Shown: positions 41,995 through 50,961 of the stretch, one piece after another
How positions within the stretch are numbered: position 1 is the first letter of the stretch
Layout: each line of letters starts with the position of its first letter
Source: Candidatus Latescibacterota bacterium
GTDB lineage: Bacteria > Latescibacterota > UBA2968 > GCA-2709665
Direction of reading: 5' to 3'
NCBI GenBank assembly: GCA_963667175.2
Contig: CAXXXF010000004.1
Location: forward strand, 64,001 to 128,000
Length of the DNA: 64,000 nt
The notes under the pieces: generated by a model
Databases searched by the model: none
What the model was told of the DNA's origin: nothing
Seen by the model: the letters and a program-made list of their open reading frames with translations, nothing else
Position numbers and translations under genes: made by a program

Positions 41995-43263
41995 ATGATG
42001 AGGCTCTCGCAGCGTTTGGTTTCTCACGTGAACCCTCCCCGTACGATGATTGCGGGGTTGCTGCTGGCGACCCTTGGCATGGCCTGTGTGGAGGGGCGGC
42101 ATGCCCCCGAGACGCATGACGGCGAGAGGGCGCCACGCCCGGCGCCAGCGCAGGAAAATGGCCACGCGGACCCCGGAATTTCCGACGACCATGTCCTTTT
42201 TGGTCAATCCGCCGCGTTCACCGGGCCTGCCCGGGAATTGGGCAAAGCGATGCGCCTGGGCATTGAGGCGGCTTTCCACGAGGCCAATCGGGAAGGAGGC
42301 GTCCATGGCCGCGAACTGAAGCTCAGGGCGTTGGATGACGGCTATGAAACCGAATTTGCCGCTTCCAACACGCAACAGTTGATTGAGAATGAAAGGGTAT
42401 TCGCGCTGATCGGAGCGGTGGGCACACCCACGTCCCGCGCTGCATCACCGCTGGCGCAGGCTGCCGGGGTGCCCTTCCTGGCGCCGTTCACGGGGGCCGA
42501 GTTCTTGCGCGACCGGGAGTTGGCCAATGTGCTCAATGTCCGGGCATCGTATTACCAGGAAACCGAGGAGATGGTGGCGCGGCTTACCGAGGATTTGGGG
42601 ATCACCCGCATTGCCGTCCTCTATCAGGATGATTCCTTCGGCTTGAACGGCCTGGAGGGCACGCGATTGGCGCTCGAGCGCCGGGGCATGGCGCCGGTAG
42701 CGGCCTCGCACTACCCGCGCAATACCCGTGCCGTGAAGGGCGCCGCGCTCAAAATCACCGCGGCCAATCCGGAAGCGGTGATCATGATTGGCTCCTACAG
42801 GCCGGTGGTTAAGACCATAGAGTTGGTGCGGCGGGAGCTGGACCCGGTATTCATGACGGTCTCCTTCGTGGGGAGCAACGCATTGGCGAACGAGTTGGGA
42901 CCCGGCGGGGCCGGTGTGTACGTTACACAGGTCGTTCCTCTCCCGTATGATGAAAACATTCCCCTGGTGGCTCGATACCACAGCGCCCTCTCCGGGTACG
43001 ACCCCCAGGCGAAACCCGGGTTCGTTTCGTTGGAAGGTTATCTGGCCGGACGCCTGGCCGTCGCCGGCCTTGAAGCCTGCAAACCCGACCTGAGTCGAGA
43101 GTGCCTTCTCCACGCGGTGCGCAATGCCGGCGCCATAGAAATCGACGGCATACAGCTCAAATACGGACCGGGCGATAACCAGGGATCCGACGCCGTGTTC
43201 CTGACCGTGATTGGCACGGACGGCAGGTACCACGGGGTCGAAAAACTGAGAGCCCCGTACTGA
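41995..43263 (+). CDS. Type-1 periplasmic binding protein (branched-chain amino acid ABC family), probable lipoprotein
   Basis: GQSAAFTGPA, DDGYE and VRASY motifs; lipobox-like GMAC; no adjacent permease. Confidence 0.85.
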   Translation: MMRLSQRLVSHVNPPRTMIAGLLLATLGMACVEGRHAPETHDGERAPRPAPAQENGHADPGISDDHVLFGQSAAFTGPARELGKAMRLGIEAAFHEANREGGVHGRELKLRALDDGYETEFAASNTQQLIENERVFALIGAVGTPTSRAASPLAQAAGVPFLAPFTGAEFLRDRELANVLNVRASYYQETEEMVARLTEDLGITRIAVLYQDDSFGLNGLEGTRLALERRGMAPVAASHYPRNTRAVKGAALKITAANPEAVIMIGSYRPVVKTIELVRRELDPVFMTVSFVGSNALANELGPGGAGVYVTQVVPLPYDENIPLVARYHSALSGYDPQAKPGFVSLEGYLAGRLAVAGLEACKPDLSRECLLHAVRNAGAIEIDGIQLKYGPGDNQGSDAVFLTVIGTDGRYHGVEKLRAPY

Positions 43264-43385
43264 CAGCCCGTTGAAAAAGTCCATCCGGGCTGCCTGCCTG
43301 TGCGTGTCCGCACGCAGACAGGCGCGTCTTGTCTTCGGCCACAATGACTCGGCCTCGCCTGCAGAGCGACTTTTCCAACGGACTG
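43264..43385. mobile_element. MITE-like element
   Basis: 18-bp terminal inverted repeats CAGCCCGTTGAAAAAGTC / GACTTTTCCAACGGACTG (16/18); no coding capacity. Confidence 0.65.
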
Positions 43386-43422
43386 CTAAAGCCCCCAAAC
43401 GGCGCCTGCGGAGAACCTCAAG

Positions 43423-45117
43423 ATGTCCATGGAAGGCTTCTCGCTCCAAGAGATCGTGGATCTGTTCAGATTCGCTGAGCACACGAATGAACTACACCAG
43501 TCGCTGTTGACTCTCGGGATGCTCATCATCGTTGCCAAGCTGGCCGAGGGCGTTTTTCGCAGGCTGCGGTTGAACGCCATCATCGCCTATGCGGCGACAG
43601 GCATATTTCTCGGGCCGGTCATGGAACTGACCGGCGTCTGGTGGATCGAGTCTTCACTGCACCTCCAGTTGGTTCTGGTGCTGGGTGTGTTCATATTTTT
43701 CTTCCTGATCGGCCTGGACGAAGTGGATATTTCCAGCTTCATGGCGTCCCTCCGAGGCCATTACTTCCTCGCGGCCGTTCTGTCCGTGATCGTGTCGTTA
43801 AGCATCTCGATGCTGGTCACCACCGATCTGGTTTTCGATTTCGGACTGAAACTGAATTTCACCGAGTCGCTGGCGTTGGCCGGCGTGCTGTCGATGACCA
43901 GTCTGGGCATCGTGGCCAAAGTGCTGACGGACGGCGGATACCTGAAACAGCCGGTCGGACTGCAGATTTTCACGGTGGTGATCATCGCCGAGCTGATTGC
44001 CCTGCTGCTGGTCGGCTTCAGTATCGGCGAACACGCCCACCAGGTTTCGCCTGTCGGCATACTGATCCTGCTGGGAAAAGTGGCCGGTTTTTCGGTGCTC
44101 ACCTGGGTATTGTCGTCGCGGGTGCTTCCGCCGTTGGTGGCGCTGTTGCAGCGGGTGATCCAGGTGCCGCAGCTCTCCCTTGGGTTGCTGCTTGGCATGC
44201 TCTTCCTGACCGTGTACGGCGCGGAAGCAGTGGGACTCCACGGCTCACTGGGCGCTTTGCTGTTCGGGGCGTCGCTGTCGAGCCTTCCCTACCAGGTGCA
44301 TCGGGAGATCATTCCCGGGATTCGCAGCGTGGCCGAGGGGTTTTTCGTGCCTCTCTTCTTTGCTTCCGCCGGATTGAGCTTCAGCTTTACCTTCGTAACC
44401 ATGCCGCTGGGGGCCATGGCGGGGTTGGCGCTGATCCCATTGCTCGGCAACTTCACCGGCGCTTTCATCGGAGCTTACGTGTCCCGCCTCGCCGTCCCCT
44501 ACGCCGTGGCCACCGGGCTGATGGGTAAGGGAGTGGCTGAAATCGCGCTGCTGCTGGTCATGTGGGGTTCCGGGATCATTGACGAGGTGGTATTCTCATT
44601 CCTGGTGCTGGTTATGTTCTGCTACATCCTGTTCATGCCGTCGGTGATCAACTTCGCGGTGAGCCGCGCCAGCCGCAGGACCGACCTGCCGGCGCAACTT
44701 GACGACATTCCATCGGGAATCGTCCGCTTCGCGCTGGAAGACATCAGCATCGATGACATTCTGGACCGCTCGCATCGGCATCCGACGTCTTCGGTCACTG
44801 TGCGTGATTTCACGGAGCAGTGGATCGTTCCGCACCAGTCCCACTACGTCGTGGCAGACAAGGACGCGCTGATCGGTATCTTGTCGCTGGAGATGCTCCG
44901 CTACCTGCCTAAGGACGCCTGGGACAAGACCCGGCTCGACGCTGTGGTACGCAGCCAAACCCCATTGGCCTGGCCTGATGAGCAGGTCGAAGACGTGCTG
45001 CAGCGTATGTCAGAGAGTTCTCTATCCGTCATGCCCGTCGTGGAAAGGGATTCGGAAAAGTTCCTGGGCGCGATCACGAGCAACGACATCATCCAGCTCA
45101 TGACCCGGAATTATTAG
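43423..45117 (+). CDS. Cation:proton antiporter (CPA2-like) with C-terminal CBS pair
   Basis: About 12 TM helices with SMTS, FFVPLFF and GLMGKG; CBS-like tail. Confidence 0.88.
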   Translation: MSMEGFSLQEIVDLFRFAEHTNELHQSLLTLGMLIIVAKLAEGVFRRLRLNAIIAYAATGIFLGPVMELTGVWWIESSLHLQLVLVLGVFIFFFLIGLDEVDISSFMASLRGHYFLAAVLSVIVSLSISMLVTTDLVFDFGLKLNFTESLALAGVLSMTSLGIVAKVLTDGGYLKQPVGLQIFTVVIIAELIALLLVGFSIGEHAHQVSPVGILILLGKVAGFSVLTWVLSSRVLPPLVALLQRVIQVPQLSLGLLLGMLFLTVYGAEAVGLHGSLGALLFGASLSSLPYQVHREIIPGIRSVAEGFFVPLFFASAGLSFSFTFVTMPLGAMAGLALIPLLGNFTGAFIGAYVSRLAVPYAVATGLMGKGVAEIALLLVMWGSGIIDEVVFSFLVLVMFCYILFMPSVINFAVSRASRRTDLPAQLDDIPSGIVRFALEDISIDDILDRSHRHPTSSVTVRDFTEQWIVPHQSHYVVADKDALIGILSLEMLRYLPKDAWDKTRLDAVVRSQTPLAWPDEQVEDVLQRMSESSLSVMPVVERDSEKFLGAITSNDIIQLMTRNY

Positions 45118-45468
45118 GTAGTGTGTCGTGGCGCAGGCCTCGAGTTCATTGCCGCGACCGGTGAGGAGGACGTTCAGGACCGGATCGGATTGCTTGCGGA
45201 CCGTCCCGACGTTCGCAGGGCGATGGCCGGCGACCCTGATCGGGGATGGGCCGTGACGGAGAACTGGCTGCCGCCGGGCGTGCGCGGGGAATGACCTGGT
45301 GAAAGGCGGTGAGACGTAAGAGGGGAGACGTGAGAGGATAGCGCCGGTCCACCGGCCAACGACGTGGCATCGCGATATCAATTCACGGAAGTCCGGCATT
45401 ATTGTGGGGGCGATTCGTGAACCGCCCGCTGGTTAGGCCTCTCCCCCAGGCCGTTGAAAAGCAACGAT

Positions 45469-45666
45469 CAGCCATCAGTATTCAGCCGTCAGTTAGAATT
45501 GAAAGACCAATCAGTTGACATCAGCGCAGTGACGTGGCAGGACCATGTATGGCGCAGACCTCTCCCCCCGACCCCCTCTCCCGGAGGGAGAGGGGGGGAA
45601 ACCAGGCGTCCATCAAGCGATGATAGTTTCCCCCTTCCCCCCGGGAAGGGGGACAGGGGGTAGGTC
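45469..45666. repeat. Dispersed palindromic repeat, second copy at 63839-64000
   Basis: GTTGACRTCAGCG...GTGGCAGGACCA...GGCGCAGACCTCTCCCCCC...GGGAGAGGGGG is shared between 45514-45605 and 63908-64000. Confidence 0.8.
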
Positions 45667-45690
45667 GGCGGTGAGAAGGGGGCCGCCTTG

Positions 45691-46590
45691 ATGATGAGGC
45701 TTTTTTTTAAATCCGTCGTGGCGTTGTCATGCCTGTTTTCCTGTTCAGGCAATGACGACGTGCCGCTCGATGCGCCTGATACGACAGGTCTGTTTACACG
45801 AACCCTTTCTCACAATGGCGTAACAAGGCGATATATCCTGTACGTGCCCGATTCTCTTGACGGAGCTTCCAGAGCTCCCCTGATGCTCAACTTTCACGGA
45901 TTCGGCGGGACCGCAGACCGGCATTTGAGATCCGCGGATATGCGATCGTTGGCGGATTCGGGGAGTTTCATCCTGGTTTATCCTCAAGGAACGTTGCTGG
46001 ACGGAGACCCGCACTGGAACGCCGGTCTGAAGTCAGACACAAACAAGAGCGATGCGGATGACTTCGGCTTTGTGGAAGCGTTAATCGATGAGATCTCCTC
46101 CGACTATACCATCGATCCGGCGAGAGTTTATGCCTTCGGGTACTCGAACGGAGCTTTCTTCGCGTACGCGCTCGCCTGCTATCACAGTGATAGAATAGCG
46201 GCCATCGGTTCCGTTGCGGGGACGATGATGGAGGAAACATACGACAACTGCAGCCCGTCACGCCCAACGGCCATGATAAATCTGCATGGGACATCCGACG
46301 CAGTTGTCCCCTATGACGGGGCGGAGGGATTGAAATCCATTGCCGCCGTGCTTGCGTATTGGACGGACTTCAACAATACCCGTGCAGATCCCACCGTGGA
46401 TCGCATCACCGATGGCGCGACAACGATCGAACGCCATACCTATACGGATGGAGACAAAAATACCTCCGTTGAGCATTACAAGGTCGTCAACGGAGGCCAC
46501 GTCTGGTTCGATATCCGCTACGACGGCGCCAATACAAGCGCATTAATCTGGAATTTTGTCTCGAGATACGACGTCGATGGATTGAGGTGA
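45691..46590 (+). CDS. PHB depolymerase/LpqC-like esterase lipoprotein
   Basis: Lipobox LFSC; FHGFGG, GYSNG, HGTSD and GGHVW motifs. Confidence 0.88.
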   Translation: MMRLFFKSVVALSCLFSCSGNDDVPLDAPDTTGLFTRTLSHNGVTRRYILYVPDSLDGASRAPLMLNFHGFGGTADRHLRSADMRSLADSGSFILVYPQGTLLDGDPHWNAGLKSDTNKSDADDFGFVEALIDEISSDYTIDPARVYAFGYSNGAFFAYALACYHSDRIAAIGSVAGTMMEETYDNCSPSRPTAMINLHGTSDAVVPYDGAEGLKSIAAVLAYWTDFNNTRADPTVDRITDGATTIERHTYTDGDKNTSVEHYKVVNGGHVWFDIRYDGANTSALIWNFVSRYDVDGLR

Positions 46591-46608
46591 CTCGCCAGGA
46601 CCCGGCTC

Positions 46609-47346
46609 TCAATGTTTACGAGCCATGTGTCGATCTTCGTATCTTCCCTTCGGAAACCTTTCTGGATTGAGTTCCTCCGGCAGATAATGCCAGGCCGTAC
46701 TGTAGCGCGTGCGATCGCTGTGGTTATCATAAGCGCCGTGCAGGAGATTGGCCGAAAACAGAACAACCGTGCCGGCGGGAATGACCAGATCCACAGCCCG
46801 CGATTCATCGACCTCCGTCCAACTGCCATGCCTGGCCGGATTCTTGCGGTGCTCGACAATCCTGCCGATCCGGTGGCTGCCGGGCACCACCCGCAAACAC
46901 CCATTCTCCACGTCTGAGTCTTCCAGATAAATCCCGCAACTGATAATGCGATCCGTATCGGTGCCAAAATAAAAATTGTCCTGATGCCAGCCCGTTGACG
47001 TGCCTCCGTTGGGCAACTTCGGAAAAAACTTGGTTCCGAACACATCGATATTCTCACCGGTCAACGCTGCGACGCGGTCCAGAATCGCCGGCTCACGCGC
47101 CAGTTCCAGCACGCGGGCATCGACCACACAAACCCCCTGAACTTTGTGCAACAGGCCCGCCCGGGGTTCGCCGCGTTCGTCCAGCTCGAGCGACCAGTGC
47201 GGCGTCTCTCCGGTCAACGTGCGCCCCTCTGCGACCAGTTCGTCGAACACCTGCTTGTAATAGGCCAATCGTTCGCCCTGTATCAGGGCTTCAAAAACGA
47301 GGTAGCCGTCTTCCCGAAACTGCCGGACCTGTTCGTCAGTCAACAT
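46609..47346 (-). CDS. PhyH family dioxygenase
   Basis: WHQD, NGCLRVVPGSH and LLHG motifs. Confidence 0.9.
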   Translation of the reverse strand: MLTDEQVRQFREDGYLVFEALIQGERLAYYKQVFDELVAEGRTLTGETPHWSLELDERGEPRAGLLHKVQGVCVVDARVLELAREPAILDRVAALTGENIDVFGTKFFPKLPNGGTSTGWHQDNFYFGTDTDRIISCGIYLEDSDVENGCLRVVPGSHRIGRIVEHRKNPARHGSWTEVDESRAVDLVIPAGTVVLFSANLLHGAYDNHSDRTRYSTAWHYLPEELNPERFPKGRYEDRHMARKH

Positions 47347-47423
47347 GAGACCTCCTCCGATTCGCTATGATCAGCCGCAACCAGATCGACGCAAGTGAAC
47401 GCGCGCGCCAGTTGGACGGTATA

Positions 47424-47510
47424 ATCACTCCCCCCTTGAGGGGGAGTCGCAGAAGCCGAGCCGATCCCTGAGCTTGTCGAAGGGCCGGCGAAGGCTGATG
47501 CGGTGGGGGG
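47424..47510. repeat. Palindromic intergenic repeat-like element
   Basis: ACTCCCCCCTTGAGGGGGAGT hairpin plus CCCTGAGCTTGTCGAAGGG module; single copy in this window. Confidence 0.45.
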
Positions 47511-47873
47511 ATTTCAACGTCTTTCATTACCAGTTAGCAGGAAGAAACATGAACGCACGTCGCGAAGAAGCTTTACTGTAGGACTTCAAGACTCCCTCGG
47601 CTCGTGAGCACCCGCGAGGACGGTAGGCAAGATGGTGATGGTCGCAATGGGTCGTTTCGCGGATGAAAATCCCAATGGAAGCCGGAATCTGGTCTCAGCG
47701 CTGCGGGAGAACACAACCGCCCATGGATTATAGCAGACATTCGTTCGTTCTCAAGCTATATTAGGCCACGAATCACGGGTGGAAACCCGCGAACGCGCCT
47801 CGGTCGGGGCGTTGCCCCGTACGCCGACACTTTGGACGTTAACCGAAAGGTAAGATCAGAAAGGAGAAGACCT

Positions 47874-48611
47874 GTGTCAAGAATCGAACCCGCATCCCGG
47901 CTGACCCGCCTGAACGGCGCCAGGATCGGACTTCTGGATCCGGGGAAGCGTACTTCGGGCGCCGTTCTCAAGGCAGTCGGGGAGCGACTCGCGGCAGAGT
48001 ACGACGCGAAAGTGGCCGGCCCCTGGAAAAAGTCATCTCCCTATCGCGTCTGCACAAAGAAGCTTGTGGAGGAGATCGTTCCGCAATGCGATGGGCTTGT
48101 CATGGGCGTGGTGGACTGATGCGGCGCCAGTTCGTGCAGTTTGCACGATATGCTGGAGTTCGAGTTGAGAGGCATCCCCACCGCATACATCACGGCCGCG
48201 GGCAGGGTGCCAATGATCGAGCGCGACGGCGATGGCTTCAGGCTATCGCATGCCACTGGAAACTATCTCGTCGAGGGATGGGAAGACCCGGGGCCGCAGC
48301 CGGACAGGGTCCATCGCAGGCTGATTCACTTCGGCGTACACCGCAGGATGAGGTTGAGCGACGTGAAGGAGGGGGACCGGGTTCGCTACCGCGGCCAGGA
48401 CCTGCGGTGGGAGTATCCTCGAATGGAGCTGGAAGCCAGACACACGCCTTCCGGCGCCGGGGCATGGTCGAGTACCCTTGACGGTGTCGCAGGCTACCGG
48501 AATATCGAACTGCGCGCGCACCTTGCACCCGTGGCAGGCGAAAAATTCGACGAAAGCGTGGAAGAGGCCGTCCCACAGGTGGTGTCGATTCTGACGGGCG
48601 GCAAGGCGTGA
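47874..48611 (+). CDS. UGSC-family thioredoxin-like selenoprotein (UGA at 48117-48119)
   Basis: AAGGAG RBS. LNGARIGLLDPGK...MGVVD-UGA-CGASSCSLHD...ELRGIPT joins ORFs 47832..48119 and 48141..48611 in frame. Confidence 0.8.
48127..48156 (+). promoter_or_regulatory. Candidate bacterial SECIS hairpin
   Basis: CCAG-T-TCGTGCA-GTT-TGCACGA-TATG-CTGG directly 3' of the UGA, with G first in the apical loop. Confidence 0.6.
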
Positions 48612-48642
48612 GCTCAGTCACTGTATCATTCAAGCAGCTTGA

Positions 48643-49443
48643 TTACCCCATCTCCGGCTGGACGATACAGAAGTCAGCGCCTTGCGGATCCCGGGCGACT
48701 ACCATTCGTCCGAACCCGGCGAAATCGTCCGGCTCAGCCATCAATCGCCCTCCGTGCCTCTGCACGTACCCCGCCGACTCGTCAAAATCACCGACCTGAA
48801 AATACACGTACCACTCGGACGCGATCCCTTCTTCAATCATCCGGTCGGGCATCTGCATGATCCCGCTCACAGCCTTGTCTCCCACCAGTACGTTCGAGTA
48901 CAGCGCCGGCTGTGCCTCGTCCGCCGTCACGGTTTCGACTCCGACAGCCTTCTTGAAAAACCGGACCGAAGCCGAACGATCCGTGCTCAGATGCTCCGAC
49001 CAGGCAAACGTGCCCGCCTCCGACGTCACGTCGCAGCCCGCGAACTCGCCCGGTTCCCACAGTGTCACGACGCAATCCGTCGGGTCAGCGATCACCGCCA
49101 TTCGACCCGCGTGATCAACGTCTCTTGAACCCGCCAGCACCGCCCCGCCATTCGCTGCCACCCGCTCGACGACGGCGTCGACGTCCTCCACCGATACGTA
49201 GAGGTTCCACTTCGATGCCCCGTCAGGACGAATCTGCCCGGGACCCGATTCATAAATCGCGGCCGCCGCCGATCCCGCCAGCATGGCCATCGAATAAACC
49301 CCGATGCCCATCTCCCCCATCTCCTCGTCCACGTACTCCCATCCGAATAACCCGGCGTAGAACACTCTCGCGCCCGCCAGATCCGTTGTCGCCAGATCAA
49401 CCCAACACGGCATTCCGTGTCTGTACTTTTCAGCCTTTGGCAT
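48643..49443 (-). CDS. Two-domain VOC/glyoxalase family protein
   Basis: GMPCWVDL, FYAGLFGW and GRMVVARDPQGA motifs. Confidence 0.88.
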   Translation of the reverse strand: MPKAEKYRHGMPCWVDLATTDLAGARVFYAGLFGWEYVDEEMGEMGIGVYSMAMLAGSAAAAIYESGPGQIRPDGASKWNLYVSVEDVDAVVERVAANGGAVLAGSRDVDHAGRMAVIADPTDCVVTLWEPGEFAGCDVTSEAGTFAWSEHLSTDRSASVRFFKKAVGVETVTADEAQPALYSNVLVGDKAVSGIMQMPDRMIEEGIASEWYVYFQVGDFDESAGYVQRHGGRLMAEPDDFAGFGRMVVARDPQGADFCIVQPEMG

Positions 49444-49617
49444 TGAGTTTCCCGATCCCTGGCAGACCCCGTCGACCTGGTTTTCATCATCAATCGCCAT
49501 CGCCCACCCACGTACACCGAACACCGCCTCATACGGGTCCGCCGATCATTCGGCCATGGACGTTTTGCGTCACGTCGGCGCGTGTCCCGCGGTGAATCGC
49601 TGACTCTCGACAAAGCC

Positions 49618-50511
49618 CTACCGGCTCAGGAAGTCCAGCATCACCGCCGCGCACTCCTCCGGTTTCTCGAGCTGCAGAAAGTGTGTCGTTCCGGGCACGA
49701 ACTCGTGGTCGACGCCTGCGGCGGCGCTATAGTCGAATTTCGGACGATTCGGATCCAGGGCGGGATCTGACGCGACGATCCTGGTGGGACATCGCAGGGA
49801 GCCGAAGTCCACAGATACCGCAGGTTGCGAGGCTTCATACCAGATTTGCGCTTCGTACTCGCGAGGGCATCGGAGCTCGAATCCCTGTTCCGTCCCGGAC
49901 TCCCTGAGGGTCGTCCTGGCAACAAGATCCAGGACGCCCGGCACAGCGTGCTGGAAGTAATGGAGGTTGGTATGAAGTTCGGCGAGCTCTTCCCGGGCCC
50001 TGAACCACGGCGCCCTCCAACTGAGCCTGTCACCCGTTCGCACCGCCCGCAGTTCGAACTCCCTGTATCTCGGGCCCGGGTTGCACAGGGGCGGCGCGAA
50101 CAGTACCATCGCGGAGTAGTGACTGCCTCTCGAAGGCGTGTGCATGGCGGCCAGGGCAGAAATGGAGTGGAAGACGCCCACCGTGGGTTTCTCGCCGTAG
50201 AGCCTTTCGATCGCTTCGAAGATGCTGTCGTGGTCGCGGGAAAACGCATCGAAACGGTGGTTTTCCAGGGCTCCGACTTCGTTCCAGCCGTGGTTCCTGA
50301 GGTCATGGACCACCAGGTCGAAGCCAGCGGCCAGCAACGACCAGAACGGGTAGTAGAGGTCGATGGCGAGGCCATTCCCGTGACTGAGGACAAGCCGGGG
50401 ACCCGCCGGATTCCCGTGGCGTCTCAGGACGATGACGGCGGCGGCGTCCACTTTCACGCTGTCAGTGGACAGCGGCTCGGGTATCTCCCAGATGGCTGGA
50501 GGTATTGTCAA
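49618..50511 (-). CDS. Alpha/beta hydrolase
   Basis: SHGNG, DLRNHG, FHSIS nucleophile elbow and THFLQLE motifs. Confidence 0.85.
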   Translation of the reverse strand: MTIPPAIWEIPEPLSTDSVKVDAAAVIVLRRHGNPAGPRLVLSHGNGLAIDLYYPFWSLLAAGFDLVVHDLRNHGWNEVGALENHRFDAFSRDHDSIFEAIERLYGEKPTVGVFHSISALAAMHTPSRGSHYSAMVLFAPPLCNPGPRYREFELRAVRTGDRLSWRAPWFRAREELAELHTNLHYFQHAVPGVLDLVARTTLRESGTEQGFELRCPREYEAQIWYEASQPAVSVDFGSLRCPTRIVASDPALDPNRPKFDYSAAAGVDHEFVPGTTHFLQLEKPEECAAVMLDFLSR

Positions 50512-50961
50512 ATCAACTTCCCTTCCGGCCGGCGCGACCGCCGGCTGTTGTGCTCAGGGACTCGGGAGGCGGCTTGGCTTGGTTTACCGTTCTATACGAC
50601 ATCGGGGGGAACCTGGTTGGGTGCTGCTGGCCGTCTCACCCGAATTTCGCCCGGAACTTCGCTTCTGTTGGCGATGGTGATGGTCGGTCGAAGCCTCGTT
50701 GCATGCAGAGCGCCGCGATGTGCAGAGAGAACTCATCCAGGGTTCGTGCATTGAGTTCAGGGTGATCGTCCTCCAAGATCACTTTAGCTCTGATATAGTC
50801 ACCACCGTCGGGTCCTGGCAGGAATTCTGAGTACACGTCGGCTATGGCTATACCGTCGCCGAGGAATTCACGGAGGGCGGAACGGACCCAAGTCGGAGAC
50901 ATCGACCAAGGTTGTTTCAAGGGCAGCCATGAGTATCGACCTCCATGCCAAGTCGATTACG

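Noticed and set aside
50636-50930. Small ORF downstream of the helicase
   Set aside because: The RBS-backed ATG at 50930 is out of frame with the 94-aa ORF. It is possibly a decayed gene, and no function can be supported.
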